Origin: Owenia fusiformis
Taxonomy: Eukaryota
Direction of reading: 5' to 3'
NCBI GenBank assembly: GCA_903813345.2
Contig: CAIIXF020000001.1
Span: 26,846,001-26,910,000, forward strand
Length of the DNA stretch: 64,000 nucleotides
The notes beneath the pieces were generated by a model, which was not told the DNA's origin, made no database searches, and was given only the letters and a program-made list of their open reading frames with translations. A program made the translations under genes and the position numbers. Shown here one piece after another: positions 12,648 to 25,130 of this stretch; position 1 is the stretch's first letter; the number at the start of each line of letters is the position of its first letter.

Positions 12648-13622
12648 TCAACTCCATCTATGCTGCTGCATATGGAGATCTGGTTCCAGATGGAATCTTG
12701 GGGAATAAGGAGGCATCCCTGCTCGGTAAAACATCTCTCTTGGACTTCTTTCAGGTTGAGTCAGATGAGCTGATCTTGGATCGCCTACCATCTCAACCCT
12801 AGAGGGATTCACTATCCGGGATACAGGTGGAGGAGGTTGGCTCATCTGTCCTAAGGTAGCATTCATCTCCTTCAAGAAACTCTTCATCCCCTCTCTGGTC
12901 TTCTTAGCCTCCTCTTGACCTTGATTCACCACATTCGCCAGTTTACCCAGTTCGACATGGAGGCTGCCCATCTCTTCCCATAGGTTCCTCTGCATATTAG
13001 AAAGATGTGCTATCTCCTCATGAAGGTGGTTCATCTCTTCATGAATCGTCACTTGCCCTTCACATTGTCTGTCTAGGAAGCAATCTCGCATCTTTAGCAC
13101 ATCTACTCTCAAAGTTCCCAAACTCCCTTCTAAAGACATCAGCCTGGACTTGGTGGAGTCGAATTCTCTCTTCCTCCGAGCCCAATGGTCTCCTCTCACA
13201 GCGGGAGCTGGAACGTCTCGTCTAAGCCTGGATTCAGCATGGTATCCAGTATCTTCCTTCTCTACATCAGGAAGTATCTGCATCGTCATATCTGGGGAAA
13301 TAACTCTGGGCTCTCCTCGGACTAGAGTCGCTCTGGCTCTTCCATCTAAGTCGTCTGGTAGAGTGTCATCTACTCTCACAAGTGGAACACCGAGACTCTC
13401 CTCCTCGCTTGGGAGCAATTTCCCCTCATCTCTTGGGAGCGATCTTCCCTCCGAACCAGACTGCTCTTCTGGACTTCTATCCCTTGGAGGAGTCTCCCAC
13501 TGCTTCAAACCAATCTTTGGAACCAATCGCACGATTCCGCCAGTTCTCACATCATCTCGTCTGGAGTACTCTTGCTCCATCTTCTCTGACGAACGCTCGC
13601 ACTTCTGTGACATCTCAGACAT
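12648..13622 (-). CDS. LTR element ORF, N-terminal part (324 aa, coiled coil)
   Basis: ATG about 15 nt after the PBS; heptad-rich central region; same frame as the downstream gag-protease ORF. Confidence 0.75.
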   Translation of the reverse strand: MSEMSQKCERSSEKMEQEYSRRDDVRTGGIVRLVPKIGLKQWETPPRDRSPEEQSGSEGRSLPRDEGKLLPSEEESLGVPLVRVDDTLPDDLDGRARATLVRGEPRVISPDMTMQILPDVEKEDTGYHAESRLRRDVPAPAVRGDHWARRKREFDSTKSRLMSLEGSLGTLRVDVLKMRDCFLDRQCEGQVTIHEEMNHLHEEIAHLSNMQRNLWEEMGSLHVELGKLANVVNQGQEEAKKTREGMKSFLKEMNATLGQMSQPPPPVSRIVNPSRVEMVGDPRSAHLTQPERSPREMFYRAGMPPYSPRFHLEPDLHMQQHRWS

Positions 13623-13637
13623 CTTCTAAGGCAACAG

Positions 13638-13655
13638 ATCCCACCGCTGCCACCA
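13638..13655 (-). other. Primer binding site, complementary to the tRNA-Leu 3' end
   Basis: Minus strand reads TGGTGGCAGCGGTGGGAT, 1 nt after the LTR. This is the complement of ...AUCCCACCGCUGCCACCA, the tRNA-Leu AAG/TAG-type 3' end. Confidence 0.85.
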
Positions 13656-13656
13656 A

Positions 13657-15967
13657 TGTCGCGCCTGGGCCGTCTCACCGAGCACCCTGTATACTGGGGA
13701 AAGGCCTGGGACGACGAAAAGGGATCTTTGGAGGTGTTTCAAGGGTGTCGACCTGGTTTGGTGGTACGACAGTTACCAATAGAAGATGGCTCCACAAAAC
13801 AATTATGTACAGGGTTTTTATAATCTATTCTAACATAAGTTTTTACAATATAATAACAAAATGTCCATATAATATACAAGTTTCTCTTCAAGAGTCGTCT
13901 CTGCTCTGGAGCTTGTTTAGCACTAAGAGTCACTGCGTCTCTCTATGTTCTCCTCTTGTAGTTTGTTCAGCTCTAGGAGTCACTACGTCTCTTAATCTTC
14001 TGTATGGAGTTTGTTCAGCTTAAGGAGCAACCTCAGCTCCGGGAGTCACTTCGTCTCTGGGGAAACCACGCAAACTCTCTCTCTTGGAAGAGTACCAGCC
14101 TCTAGAGCACTCTCTGTTTGGGAGTCGCCACTTCTCGATAAAAACCTCTGCTCTTGAACGATTCACACGCTCGGAGTATCTCAGCTCGGAGTCGTCTCGT
14201 CTCGAGAAATCAACGCAAACTCTGTGTCTCTTGGAGCACCTCAGTTCCGGTAGTGTAACTATGGCTCCAATCACAACTCTGTCTCTTGGAAGGGGTCCAG
14301 GCTCTGGAGCAACCTCTGCTCGGGAGTCGCCACTTCTCGGGAAAACCTCTGCTCTTGAACGAGATTCACACGCTCGGAGTATCTTCAACTCGGAGTCCTC
14401 TCGTCTTAAGCGAAACCAAATAAACTCTGTCTCTGGAAGGGGTCCAGGCTCTGGAGCACTCTGCTCGGGAGTCGCCACTTCACAGGAGAAACCTCGTCAC
14501 CCTCTACAGAGAAATAACACCTCTGGAATGTCAATCAGATGGTGAGATTAGACCAGAGCTGCTACTTCTCGATCTCGGAGTACCTTAGTTCCGGTGGAGT
14601 AACCTCGGCTCCAATGGAATAAACCTTGCAACATAGAAATACCTTGGTTCCAGTAGTGTAACCTCAGTATCTAACTTCTGGAGGAGTCAAATCACCTCGG
14701 AGGGTACATCAAGTTCAGCAACTTGTATCAATTTCGGATCATCAATAACTCGGAGGAGGAGAAGAAGCAACTCACGAATATCGATCATTAAACTGAGATT
14801 AGACGGAGTTGTATTCTCAACCCTCGGAGCAGATTCCACTCTAGAATAGATGGAGGAGTAAGCACTCGGAGCAGTGAGTCCTCAGAGTAGGTATGGCTCT
14901 CAACTAGATGGAGGAGTAATCACTCGGAGCTGGCAATCCTCGGAGTAGGTATGGCTCTCAACTAGATGGAGGAGTAATCACTCGGAGCTGGCAATCCTCG
15001 GAGTAGATACAACTCTCGAATATCAATCACAACGGAGATTAGACAGAGCTGTAACTACTCGGACCAAATATAGCTCAGAGGAGATATAACACTTAAATAA
15101 TTGGAGGAGTAATGACTCGGAGCAGTGAGTCCTCGGAGCAGATATGACTCTTGAATATCAATCAAACTGAGATTAGACAAGAGCCATAATTACTCGGAGC
15201 TGGCGATCCTCGGAGCAAATGGAGGAGTAATGACTCGGAGCAGTGACCTCTCGGAGCAGACGCGACTCTCGAATATCAATCAAACTGAGATTAGACAAGA
15301 GTTGTAACTACTCAGAGAAGGAATCACTCCTTAAAATGGCGTCACTTCCGTAAAAAATAAAGATGGCCGACCGCAGGGAACTCTGGGAAGAAGAAATCAA
15401 AATGGCGGACGGCAATATGGCGTCAAACTCAATAATCAAATTGTCACTCACCAAAGAACTATCTATTGTCTTGTCTTTTCCTCAATTGTCGCAACGCACG
15501 CAATTTACATCAAGCAATAGCAGCAAATAGTCAAATAATATCCAAATATAATCCACAGTTGAAATCAGCCACGCTCGCACATAAAATGCCCCAAACTGAC
15601 GAGGTCCTGCTTGTACAAAATCTTGGTAAGCTCTGATTTACAGGTCACTTTCTCACACTAAAATCCAGACACCTCAAGTTGCATCATGGGAAAATACAAC
15701 ATAAGTTGGCGGTAAATTCAAATGAAGCCATCTGATTGGTTGAGCTCTGTTGCTGAGTGCCTAATTATGCAAATTTATTCCAAGGCCGTCGGCTGATTCA
15801 GTAAACATCCAAGTGCCTAGATGAGATTCTGTACGTAGACACTTTACAATACAATTCTTTAATTACAGTGGACAGAACATGAAATAAAGATGAAATAACA
15901 TAAAACCCAGTAAAATAAACGTTTCACAAACCCTAGTACTACTCAGGGGGAATTAAAAATTCCCACA
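13657..15967 (-). repeat. 5' LTR (2311 bp)
   Basis: Direct repeat of 7894-10206, followed on the minus strand by the PBS. Confidence 0.95.
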
Positions 15968-16258
15968 ATATTTAAGGCTAGGGCAAATAATATTAACATG
16001 TTAAGCATATATTTAACACCATAATAAATAAGGTACATTTTTGAGGTCTTATATTTTTAGTATTGCTTCAAGCCTATGTGCCGCCCCCCCCCCCATTCTC
16101 CATCTTATGCGGCTTGGTTTGGTTAAAAGGTTGATTAGATGGTGAAATGGTATAAGCAGTGTTCTTGAGAACAAGAGGTCGTGGGTTCAATTCCAGTTTC
16201 CAGCACTTCGAGTTGTTGATTGTACTAATGCACGAAATGTATTTGTATTTACCAATTA

Positions 16259-16436
16259 CAGTAAAACCTGTAAAGTGGAACACCTCTATAAGTGGAACAC
16301 CTCTATAAGTGGAACACCTGTGTCAGAGCCCTATGACCAATTGACTTTAACCAAATGAACCTCTGTAAGTGGAACGCCCCAAATTGGAACACTTCCTTGA
16401 GGTACCAAAAGTCTTCCACTTTCACAGGTTTTACTA
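16259..16436. mobile_element. Tc1/pogo-type MITE
   Basis: TA|CAGTAAAACCTG ... CAGGTTTTACT, with internal 18-bp repeats. Confidence 0.7.
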
Positions 16437-17555
16437 TTCTATCTCTATAGAGTGCTGCCAGCTTGATAAAAGGAACTGTCGGGAACTGTCGGGAACTGTC
16501 GGGAACTGTCTACCGTCTTAAGACACCCGGTTTAGATACCAGTTATTCAACTAGAAAATTGGGAGAACTGTTTTACAATTCCCTTTCATCATTTCATGTC
16601 ATGTCTCTTTTGCTAAAGGTTTTTAAAGTTTCCTTCAAACAAGTTTAAAGTGGGATGTCACCTGAGCTCGACTTCCAAAGAGATGCATACGCTATATTTC
16701 TTTATATCATATTTATCAATTGACATAAGTAACAAAATCTTCAACAGGAGTTATTGAATCTATATGTATGTAAAGTGTACGTAGGAGATAAGTAAAGAAT
16801 TTTATTTTATTTCACTGATCACCAGGGACATACCTGTACTTTATTCTATCTTTCATTTCAAGAAATGTTTACAAAGAACTTAGGACATCAGTCAGTATCC
16901 ATATGTCAATACTGATAAATCGTTGTAAGTGTGACAGAAGGTCTAATAAACTATATACACCTACATATAGTGTTAATAGACATTGATGTGGTCTATAGAC
17001 AATGGTCAACATTTCAAATACATAAAATATGAATTTTTAAATATTTTCATAACCTCCTAATGTGGACACTTTGTCCCAGCAGTGGTCTGTGATCATAGGG
17101 AGATTATAAGCTACATGTTTTAGAGAACTTGAGCATGAATGTGTACTATTATGACCCCAGGAGATTATTGTCCTTCTCTCAATTAGTTTATATTATTTCA
17201 ACAATTTTCCTTATTCCTACACACTCAATCTATGAAGTGAAGGAGAACTAGAGGACCATAATTTTACACATTCAAATACAGGTTCTCTTTTATATAGCCT
17301 AACTTTCCCAATATCAAACTGGTTTATTGTTTAAATATATATAGACTTCCTGGTCTATGTGACAAAACTCTAGACCATCCCTGCTAGATCTGTTATACCT
17401 GTAAATGTTTACTATGCTGTTATAATATGAAGTGGCCTTAAAGTATTTGATAAATGGTTTAAGTTTAAAATCTTACACGGTCCCAAGAATTGGCAATCTA
17501 TACAAATGAAACTGAAACTTTTTAAGATGATATGAAAATCTATACTCTTTTCCAG

Positions 17556-17711
17556 ATCTTCTCCCTGGTATTGAGGACTTCATATGCAAGCAGTTGGCCA
17601 GTGAGAATCTCTCAGCATTTGCTGAGAAGAAAAGACAGTACTTTGTAGAACGATTGGACATCTTGAAACTTCCCCCTACACTCCCACCCAGGCCACCAGG
17701 TGATATACAAG
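17556..17711 (+). CDS. AFAP1: AFAP1-like exon 2 (N-terminal helical region plus PPTLPPRPP)
   Basis: ttttccag acceptor, G|GTAAAG donor. Reads DLLPGIEDFICKQLASENLSAFAEKKRQYFVERL, resembling AFAP1/SKAP N-termini, then an SH3-ligand-like Pro motif. Confidence 0.8.
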
Positions 17712-20090
17712 GTAAAGTAGAGAATATACTGAGATAGGGACCCTTGTTTTTGTTAATTTTGCCCCCGTGGCTTTGCTGAGCAAATTTATTAGAAAATATA
17801 TGCTGGGCATTTAATTTGTGGCAACCCTGTAATATGAAGTCCCTAAAGTCAAGACTTTTATTACAGAAACATCTCTGTAAAGTAAAGCTCCCAAAGTCAA
17901 ACATCCTTGATATGAAAGGTTCCCAACCCTTGAACATTAATGGTAGAATAAAACAAAACAAAAGTGCAGATATAACCTTTTTTATTACTTCATATTATTG
18001 TTACATTCATACATTGTTTCCCTTTCTTCTGAATATTTGCACCAGTTTTCTCGATTTATTAGTTAGAGTGTTTCAAAATGGATAACCAATTACAATATGT
18101 TTCTATTGAATGTCACATTTCAACATTCTTCCAATTTTATTCCACAAGGGTGTCACCTTATGGCATTCAAATATCATGTGCTTCATATCGTGCAACTATA
18201 TTAAACAGTTTTTTGAGACTTTGTTATTCCATTTTGATACAAGAGATCCGCATGCCAATAAGTTGTTTTAGAGTTTAAAATTTAACTCTAAAATATTTGT
18301 ATAACTCATATTTATTAATTTTTGATCATATGTATTTTTCCACAGATGTTGTTCTATAAAATTAAAACAAGCATGTTTTTTCAAATTTGAGATTTCGTAG
18401 AAAAATTTAGCTGTTTTACCATCAAGTTCAACAAAATGGGTTTCTATTAAAAATTGTGTTCCTTATATGGATGAAGGGTAAAATATTTTTATCAATATTT
18501 GAACAAAGACTCATAGGTTCTTTTGACTATCAACTATCATCTAGTTCTTTTTTCTTCCGATGCTTGAATCTAAAAGGTTTTAAAAGAGCCATTTGGATTA
18601 AAGAAATATCCCAAGTAAACAAAACAAGACTGAATCAAGTGTTTTGTTACATAAGTTTTACATGTGTTAAACAAGCAAAATATTTCCATGTAAAAAGGTG
18701 TAAATATGTTCAGATCATTTATTGATTGTTTATCAAAGATGCATTTTATAAATGTTTTTTAAACAGCTATTTTCTTTTTTGTTTATTAGGTGTGATGGAA
18801 ATAGTCTCCAGGATGTTTTGCTTGTTAATAATCTTTTATTAATCCCTCCAGACTGCAAACTTTGTACTATAAGTTTAACATCTACAACATTTAAATGCCC
18901 ATCTTCTTATCTTCTATTGCTCCAATAACTGACTTTCTTTTTACTTTTCCTTGCCATTCCATATAAAATCAAAAAACTTGTTTGATAATTGACTCAACAA
19001 AGATTTTTTAGCATCAAGTCTAAAGGAGTGGTATCGATATGGTGAACTTTTTGAACACGTGTTTCTCTTAAACCAGTCATCAAAACATTCTGAAAATTTT
19101 ATACATCGTCAATTTAATGGTCATATTTTGGATGGTAACATTATAATTTGAAATATATATATATACTTTTCTCTATATTGTTTTAGAAAACACATCAGAC
19201 ACTTGTTTTGTTCTTGGTATCATATGTTCGGAATGAAATGAAACATCTATCCGAACCTCAGTGGAACAAAACACAATGTGTTTAGGTCTCTCAATATTGT
19301 ATTGTACGAAGGAAAGTTTGGTTGATTTTAAAAAAGTATCTTGTTAATGAAATATAATGTTTATCTTAATTTTTATCTATTTTTGGGGTTTTGTTTTAAG
19401 TTTTTGCATACTTTTTGTTAAATCGAACAAAATTTCCTTTGTATAACGGTAATATTGAGAAGTCTAAGGAAATTGTTGTATGCTATTTTGTTCCAACAAG
19501 GTTCAGAAAGACATTTTATTGCATTCTCAAGAATTGGTAGAAAGGAACAAAAAACAATTGCACTAAATAACAAAAACAAAAACAGTTATATAAAATATAT
19601 ATAAATAATTTTTGCATTAATTTGTTGCCAATCAGTCAACATTACATAAAGGACCGTGTTTTTTACAGAATGTTTTCAATAATTGGTTTAAGAGAAAAAC
19701 ATCCTTTCCATACAAAGAGACATTCCTGATAATTTTAAATCAATCTCAAATTGTTCATCTGGAAATGCGAAGACAAATTTGATAAGGGTGCCCAGGCCCA
19801 CCTATGCACCCCTCCAGCCAGCAAACTGATCACAATATACCACCCAATTGTGCAATACAATATTACCATATATAGTATTTTGCCTCATGCTGGTTATGCC
19901 CTGTTCATAAATTGACATATTGTAATAGTTTTGTGGACAGTGTTTGGTGTTCTGCATCTGTAATAAATGGCAGGTGGTGACATTTTGCATGTTAATGCCT
20001 TGTTAATGTTTAGAATAAAAAAGGTTACAGAAAATTGCCAAATAGATGGCTGTGAGGGCCAATACAAGTTTGGCAGCCATTTAATGTTAA

Positions 20091-20370
20091 CCTCTTGACT
20101 ACCTGGAGTGCGTCACCTCAAAAATGACCCTGAAACCCAGAGTGACGAGAAAATCTGTCTCAAAATTTTTCACTAAAATTGCTCTTATTTTAACAATTTT
20201 TATCCAATTTACACAAAAATTGTTTTAAAATGTGTAGAAAGGATCTCTGCCGTCTAATTTTACTAAATTGAGCATCTGAAGTTGTATAGGTATGTAGTTT
20301 AATGTCAAAAGGTGTCAAAAATGAAAAAATCTCTGGTTTCAACCGATTTTAGAGCCTGGGATTCAAGAGG
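20091..20370. mobile_element. piggyBac-type MITE
   Basis: TTAA|CCTCTTGA ... TCAAGAGG|TTAA. Confidence 0.75.
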
Positions 20371-20582
20371 TTAAATATTAAATTTTGCACATCGTTGCCG
20401 TGAAACCTTACATTTACATGAAGATATGCCATTTTGACTCTGAAATTTTCTGGAATTTATCTTTCAATCTTGTGTGGCCACCCTGATTGTTCTGAAGATT
20501 TTGAATTATGGGTCAATATAGTAATTTTTACTGTTATTAGTCTGAAGTACAGTATGTCTATACCAAAATTCATATTTTTCAG

Positions 20583-20698
20583 ATGAGAGAAACAGAAGTC
20601 TTGACAGCGCTCGTAATGTAAATGGGGATTTCCTTGCCAAACAGAGAGAGTTTTCACGTAGTCAGAGTTCCCACACATTGCCAGTTGCAAAATCACCA
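20583..20698 (+). CDS. AFAP1: AFAP1-like exon 3
   Basis: tttttcag acceptor, CCA|GTAAGT donor, open frame. Converts phase 1 to the phase 0 required by exon 4. Confidence 0.7.
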
Positions 20699-20869
20699 GT
20701 AAGTTCTTGTCTTCTTTGAATATGAAAACCATTGTGAATTGTTCATCAAAAATAGCATAATTCCTGCCCCAGATTAATAACTTCAATACCTTTCCAAGGT
20801 CATTTCATTCATTCCATATTTACGAGGAAGCAGTCTACACAAATTTCTTGTGCCTTAAAACATATGCAG

Positions 20870-21649
20870 TTTTTGGCTCACACAATGAGCCTATGGGATC
20901 GACCAGGCGTCCATCCGTTGGTCCGTCCATCCGTCAACATTGGCCGTACAAATTAAAACTGTTATTCAGATTGAGTCATATCCACATTCATTTTATGCAT
21001 ATCCATAATGCCTATTTGACCTATCATCGCCATTTCCCAAGTTCGCCCGGTTTCCGAGAAATTGCTGATTTTGACATCAAAAAGTCTAATTTTCTGTAAA
21101 TACGAGACACTTTTGTTTTGTGATTGACAAGTTTCTCAAAGTTTGTCCCTACACTTGTTCATTACTTGCAATGAATTACATCATTACTAGATTTAAGCAT
21201 TCCCTACATATTGCTCATATGTCAGCATCAAATTTTTATTGTTTTTGAGATATTTGACATCAAAAACCAGTAAAAATAAGTTATTTTTCAACTTGCGTCA
21301 ATTTGACCAAATTTTTAGGGAAAATCGTCTACAAGTTGCCAGGAGTTCAAATCTGACCTTAGTTTTGAGATTTGACCTTCAGTGACATTCGAAAGGTCGA
21401 AAAAGTTGATCTTTCAAATTGATTATTTGGATGTAAATTTTGGTCACCTTAATCACAAAAGACCTACTGAGCTCTGAATAAGTAAAATGTTCAAGGTCAA
21501 AGGTCCTCAAACTAGGTCACAAACTGTGCTATCTAAGTTTCTCAAAGTTCGAGACTACAAATCAAAATCAATAATTTTTTTGAAAATCAGGATATACATT
21601 CCTCTGAAGGTTCTACACTGTGTGAGCACAGGACCATGGGTCCTTTATT
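20870..21649 (+). mobile_element. Helentron-associated non-autonomous element (HINE/DINE-like)
   Basis: T-run start, subterminal GCTCACAC / GTGTGAGC inverted repeat, GTCC-type microsatellite, 3' hairpin AGGACCATGGGTCCT. Confidence 0.7.
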
Positions 21650-21854
21650 AAGTTAAGTTCAAGAAAATGAATCAGACACAAATCCTGCTTCGTTTTTTCC
21701 AACTTGCAGTTAAATTAAGCATTTCTGTATATCTAAGGGTCTGACTATCTTGTCTCTATTATAGATTAACACTTTCAGAAATATTCTACATTGTGTATAT
21801 CAAAAATATCAATCAATGGCCATCTTATTAATAATATGATCTTCTTTGTTTCAG

Positions 21855-21922
21855 TCTCCATTGGAATCTGAGGATTTTTACGATGACGTTGAGCCAGAGG
21901 CAGATGTCTTAGCACAGAATGG
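21855..21922 (+). CDS. AFAP1: AFAP1-like exon 4 (EDFYDDV)
   Basis: tttcag acceptor, acidic Tyr motif, phase 0 to 2. Confidence 0.75.
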
Positions 21923-22007
21923 GTAGAACATTTTCACATTTACTAAAATGTCAATGAGAACAGATATGAAGCAGTTTGTTATTGGTCACTATAAACACGA
22001 CATGAGA

Positions 22008-22048
22008 TGTGTAGTGTAGTGTAGTGTAGTGTAGTGTAGTTTAGTGTA
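22008..22048 (+). repeat. (GTGTA)n microsatellite
   Basis: About eight tandem 5-mers. Confidence 0.9.
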
Positions 22049-22331
22049 TTTTTTTCTACCACTGTTCAATTCACTAGCATTTTTTTGAGAGCAGTTGAAT
22101 TTCTCTAAAATAACTTTCCTGAATTACAAGTATTTGATAATATTTTTAATTGTAACCAATATATTTGTAAATAATATGTATTTGTCAGCTACATGCTATC
22201 TTACTAAACAGAGACATTTGGTATCAGTTGTACTGTACTCTGCGAAGAGTATACTCACAAACAAAACTTTAGTATTAAGCATTTAAATTTCTCATTCATC
22301 TTGCTTTTCATATTATATCCTGTTATCTTAG

Positions 22332-22432
22332 CATACCTGTGTCTGAAGCAGTTGTTGACAATGAGGAAGATTTGTATGAGGTCCCGTTGTCATTGGATAA
22401 TCAAGATGGCTACAGTTGCGATGACATGTCAG
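22332..22432 (+). CDS. AFAP1: AFAP1-like exon 5 (EEDLYEVP)
   Basis: Phase 2 to 1 with AG/GT borders; YxxP SH2-ligand-like motif. Confidence 0.8.
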
Positions 22433-22879
22433 GTCGGTCTATAGTTGCCAAAATAGCCCCTCCCCTCTTTCTATCTCTTCTAGGTTCTTCCTTTGTTCAG
22501 ATGCTTTTTTTCTCAAGCAATATTTTCAAATGTATTTAGAAACACCATCATAATCAATGTAAATAAAATGTTATAAAGTAGTAGAATGATATTTGATATG
22601 AAAGGTTGTTTACATTCATTGCATGTACATGTATTACCCCAGTAAGTGTACAATATCTAAAAAAATATCTATGCAATTACATGTCACATATATTGTTATG
22701 ATCACCAACCTTTTTGTGGATGGTGTTTGGCAGTTGGTGATTGGTGTTTGGCAGCTGATGGTTGGTGTTTGGCAGTTAGTGTTCAGTGGTTGGTGTCTGT
22801 AACAAATGGGAGGTGGTGACATTGTGCATGTTAAAGCCTTGTTAGAATTTGTAATTGTTTCATTTTATGTCATTTTTAG

Positions 22880-22985
22880 ATGACAGTTTCACATCGTATG
22901 AATCATATGATGACATGGATCCTGAGGAAGGAGGTGTTGAAGTCCCAGGAGCTGCTATACCACATCCAGAGATACAACTACCTAG
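22880..22985 (+). CDS. AFAP1: AFAP1-like exon 6 (DDSFTSYESYDD)
   Basis: SYESYD is characteristic of the AFAP1 family just before PH1; AG|GTGAGA donor. Confidence 0.85.
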
Positions 22986-23202
22986 GTGAGAGCCTCCTGT
23001 GCCAAATATGTCTTTTTGTTATAATCCTCCACTTCTGTTTCTCTTTTAAGGAAGTCCCTAAAATCTGAGCCACAATTTTGCATTTTCATACATTACCATA
23101 TATGGCCTTCAAGACTCCATTGTATTTCTACTCACTTTTTGCTTTGGAGAATTGAACATGTTCAGTATCATTTAAATAAATACAAATGCTTTACAATTCA
23201 AG

Positions 23203-23542
23203 GGTCAGAACTAAGAAGAAGAAAAAGAGAAGTGCTGGCAAAGACACTTCCCATCATATTCCAATATCCACTTTACCCAATGTAACATACTGCAGTGACC
23301 TCTATCAAAAGGGAATGATAACATGGACAAAAAGGCAATGTGCTATCAGTGACAATAAGCTCTATGTGTATAAGATAGAGAAAGACTATAAACCATCTAT
23401 GGTATTATCCCTCGTGGGCTATGATATATTGTACTTTGAGAAAGATGGAAAAAGGAATCATGCACTAAGGGTGTCCCATCCGGGTTGTGAGACACACTGG
23501 TTCGCTACCGATACAAAATCTAATGCTGACATATGGCTTGAA
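23203..23542 (+). CDS. AFAP1: AFAP1-like exon 7 (PH domain 1)
   Basis: WTKRQCAISDNKLYVYK...LSLVGY...FATDTKSNADIWLE fits a PH fold; GAA|GTGAGT donor. Confidence 0.9.
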
Positions 23543-23876
23543 GTGAGTGAGAATTTATTCTTTTGTAAATATCATTTTTACCCATGCATTCTTGGTTATT
23601 AGTGAAGTATCAATATGGATACAGGGGCACAGTTTCCACCTCGACCTGGATAGGTCAATAATTGTATATTAAAGCATAGTGTGATTTTTAGCTCATTATT
23701 TTTTGTATTTCTAGTCCTTGGGAGTAAAAGTATCAATTAATGAATTCAACATTTGATGAATGAAAAAAAAGAAAAAAAATTGTCATGCAGTATTTCATGT
23801 TAAACAGTATAACACATGGTGTATTGATGTAAATGATGAAGCCTTTGCAAAACAGAAACATAACTGACTTTTCCAG

Positions 23877-24123
23877 CATATGACAAATGCAGCACATGTC
23901 CTTGACAATAACAGTCTAGCAGTTACACAGCCCCTCTCTGGGCCATCACTGTCATCAGAGAATATCTCAAGCCCCACAGAGCAGTCTCAGCCATCACTAG
24001 GGGGCTCCACCAGCCCTAGCCGATCCCTGACTAACATCTCTATGAGCTCCAGCCCTAGTGAAGGTGGTAGTGGGGATGGCATTGTCAAATATATGAGAAA
24101 TCAACAGGGAACAGATATTAAAG
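23877..24123 (+). CDS. AFAP1: AFAP1-like exon 8 (Ser/Pro-rich linker)
   Basis: ttttccag acceptor, G|GTAGGG donor, phase 0 to 1. Confidence 0.85.
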
Positions 24124-24565
24124 GTAGGGTAACATTTGTGGATAAAATGGTTCTAAGCATTGTCTTTTATTGAGTTGATTTTTCATCACACTTTTTCAAA
24201 GTGCTACATTATATTGTCATTAGTTTGTACTGATGGGTATCTGGTCTCTGGTTGTTTGGATCTCTTGGTTGGAAGGTATAACTCTTGTCATCAAAATGCT
24301 AGGAAAACTTCTTATCCATTCAACTTGAATCTTTTACAGATGCAAGAGCAGACTAGTGTGACGATCTGATTAAGTTTTGGGCATGCTGGGTGTATTACAT
24401 GGTGGCCATTTTGAATTTTTCAATAGAAAAGTGCTATATTTATCACTGTCTTTTGTAATTTATCCTCATCTGACATAAAACTTACATATAACAATACTCT
24501 ATGTATGTAACAATACTTTATGTATAACAATACTGTATTATGTGTATAATAATACTTCTCCGCAG

Positions 24566-24781
24566 ATTATGATACTAAGAGAGACTTGAAATCACCAAAA
24601 ATAAAATCAGATGATAAAAGCATGACCTTGGGCCAGTCTTTAGAGACATCTATGAAGAGCATGAAGAACTTCCTGGGCACACTTGGACGGAAGAAGGGAC
24701 GCAAAGCTTCAACCACTATCCAGGATGTCTTTGAAACTGTGGAGATTGACATGGAAAAGGATCCTACTGTCAAAATACAAG
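24566..24781 (+). CDS. AFAP1: AFAP1-like exon 9
   Basis: ccgcag acceptor, G|GTATCA donor. Basic GRKKGRK motif before PH2. Confidence 0.85.
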
Positions 24782-25130
24782 GTATCAGAATACTCTATTA
24801 ACTTCATTCAAATTTGCAAGGATAATGAAGACTTTTTTGGTATAATATTTTTCATGCACAAAACAAAACATCATTATTAGACAGATTATATTAAAGTGTA
24901 CCTCTTCATATTTTGCACTTGGAGATGTAAAATAAAGTAATGTAATTGGGTGGACAGTAAAATATTATTTTAGAAACTACTTACTACATGTACATGTATT
25001 GTGTAGGTTATCATTATCATCTATTTCAAGGTGTTTCTTTTCATATGTATGGAAAAAGTCACTTCAATGAAGAAAAATACTGCTTTGATAAACATTTTTC
25101 ACAAAATGATTTGTGTGTAATTTATTCTAG

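Larger units (their letters stand above)
7894..15967 (-). mobile_element. Non-autonomous LTR retrotransposon (Gypsy-like), gag-protease only
   Basis: TG...CA LTRs at 7894-10206 and 13657-15967; ATAT TSD at 7890-7893 and 15968-15971; PBS and PPT oriented on the minus strand; internal gag/CCHC/protease frame. Confidence 0.95.

Noticed and set aside
16125-16206. Second tRNA-like sequence
   Set aside because: Only a B-box-like GGTTCAATTCC is clear; too degenerate to call.
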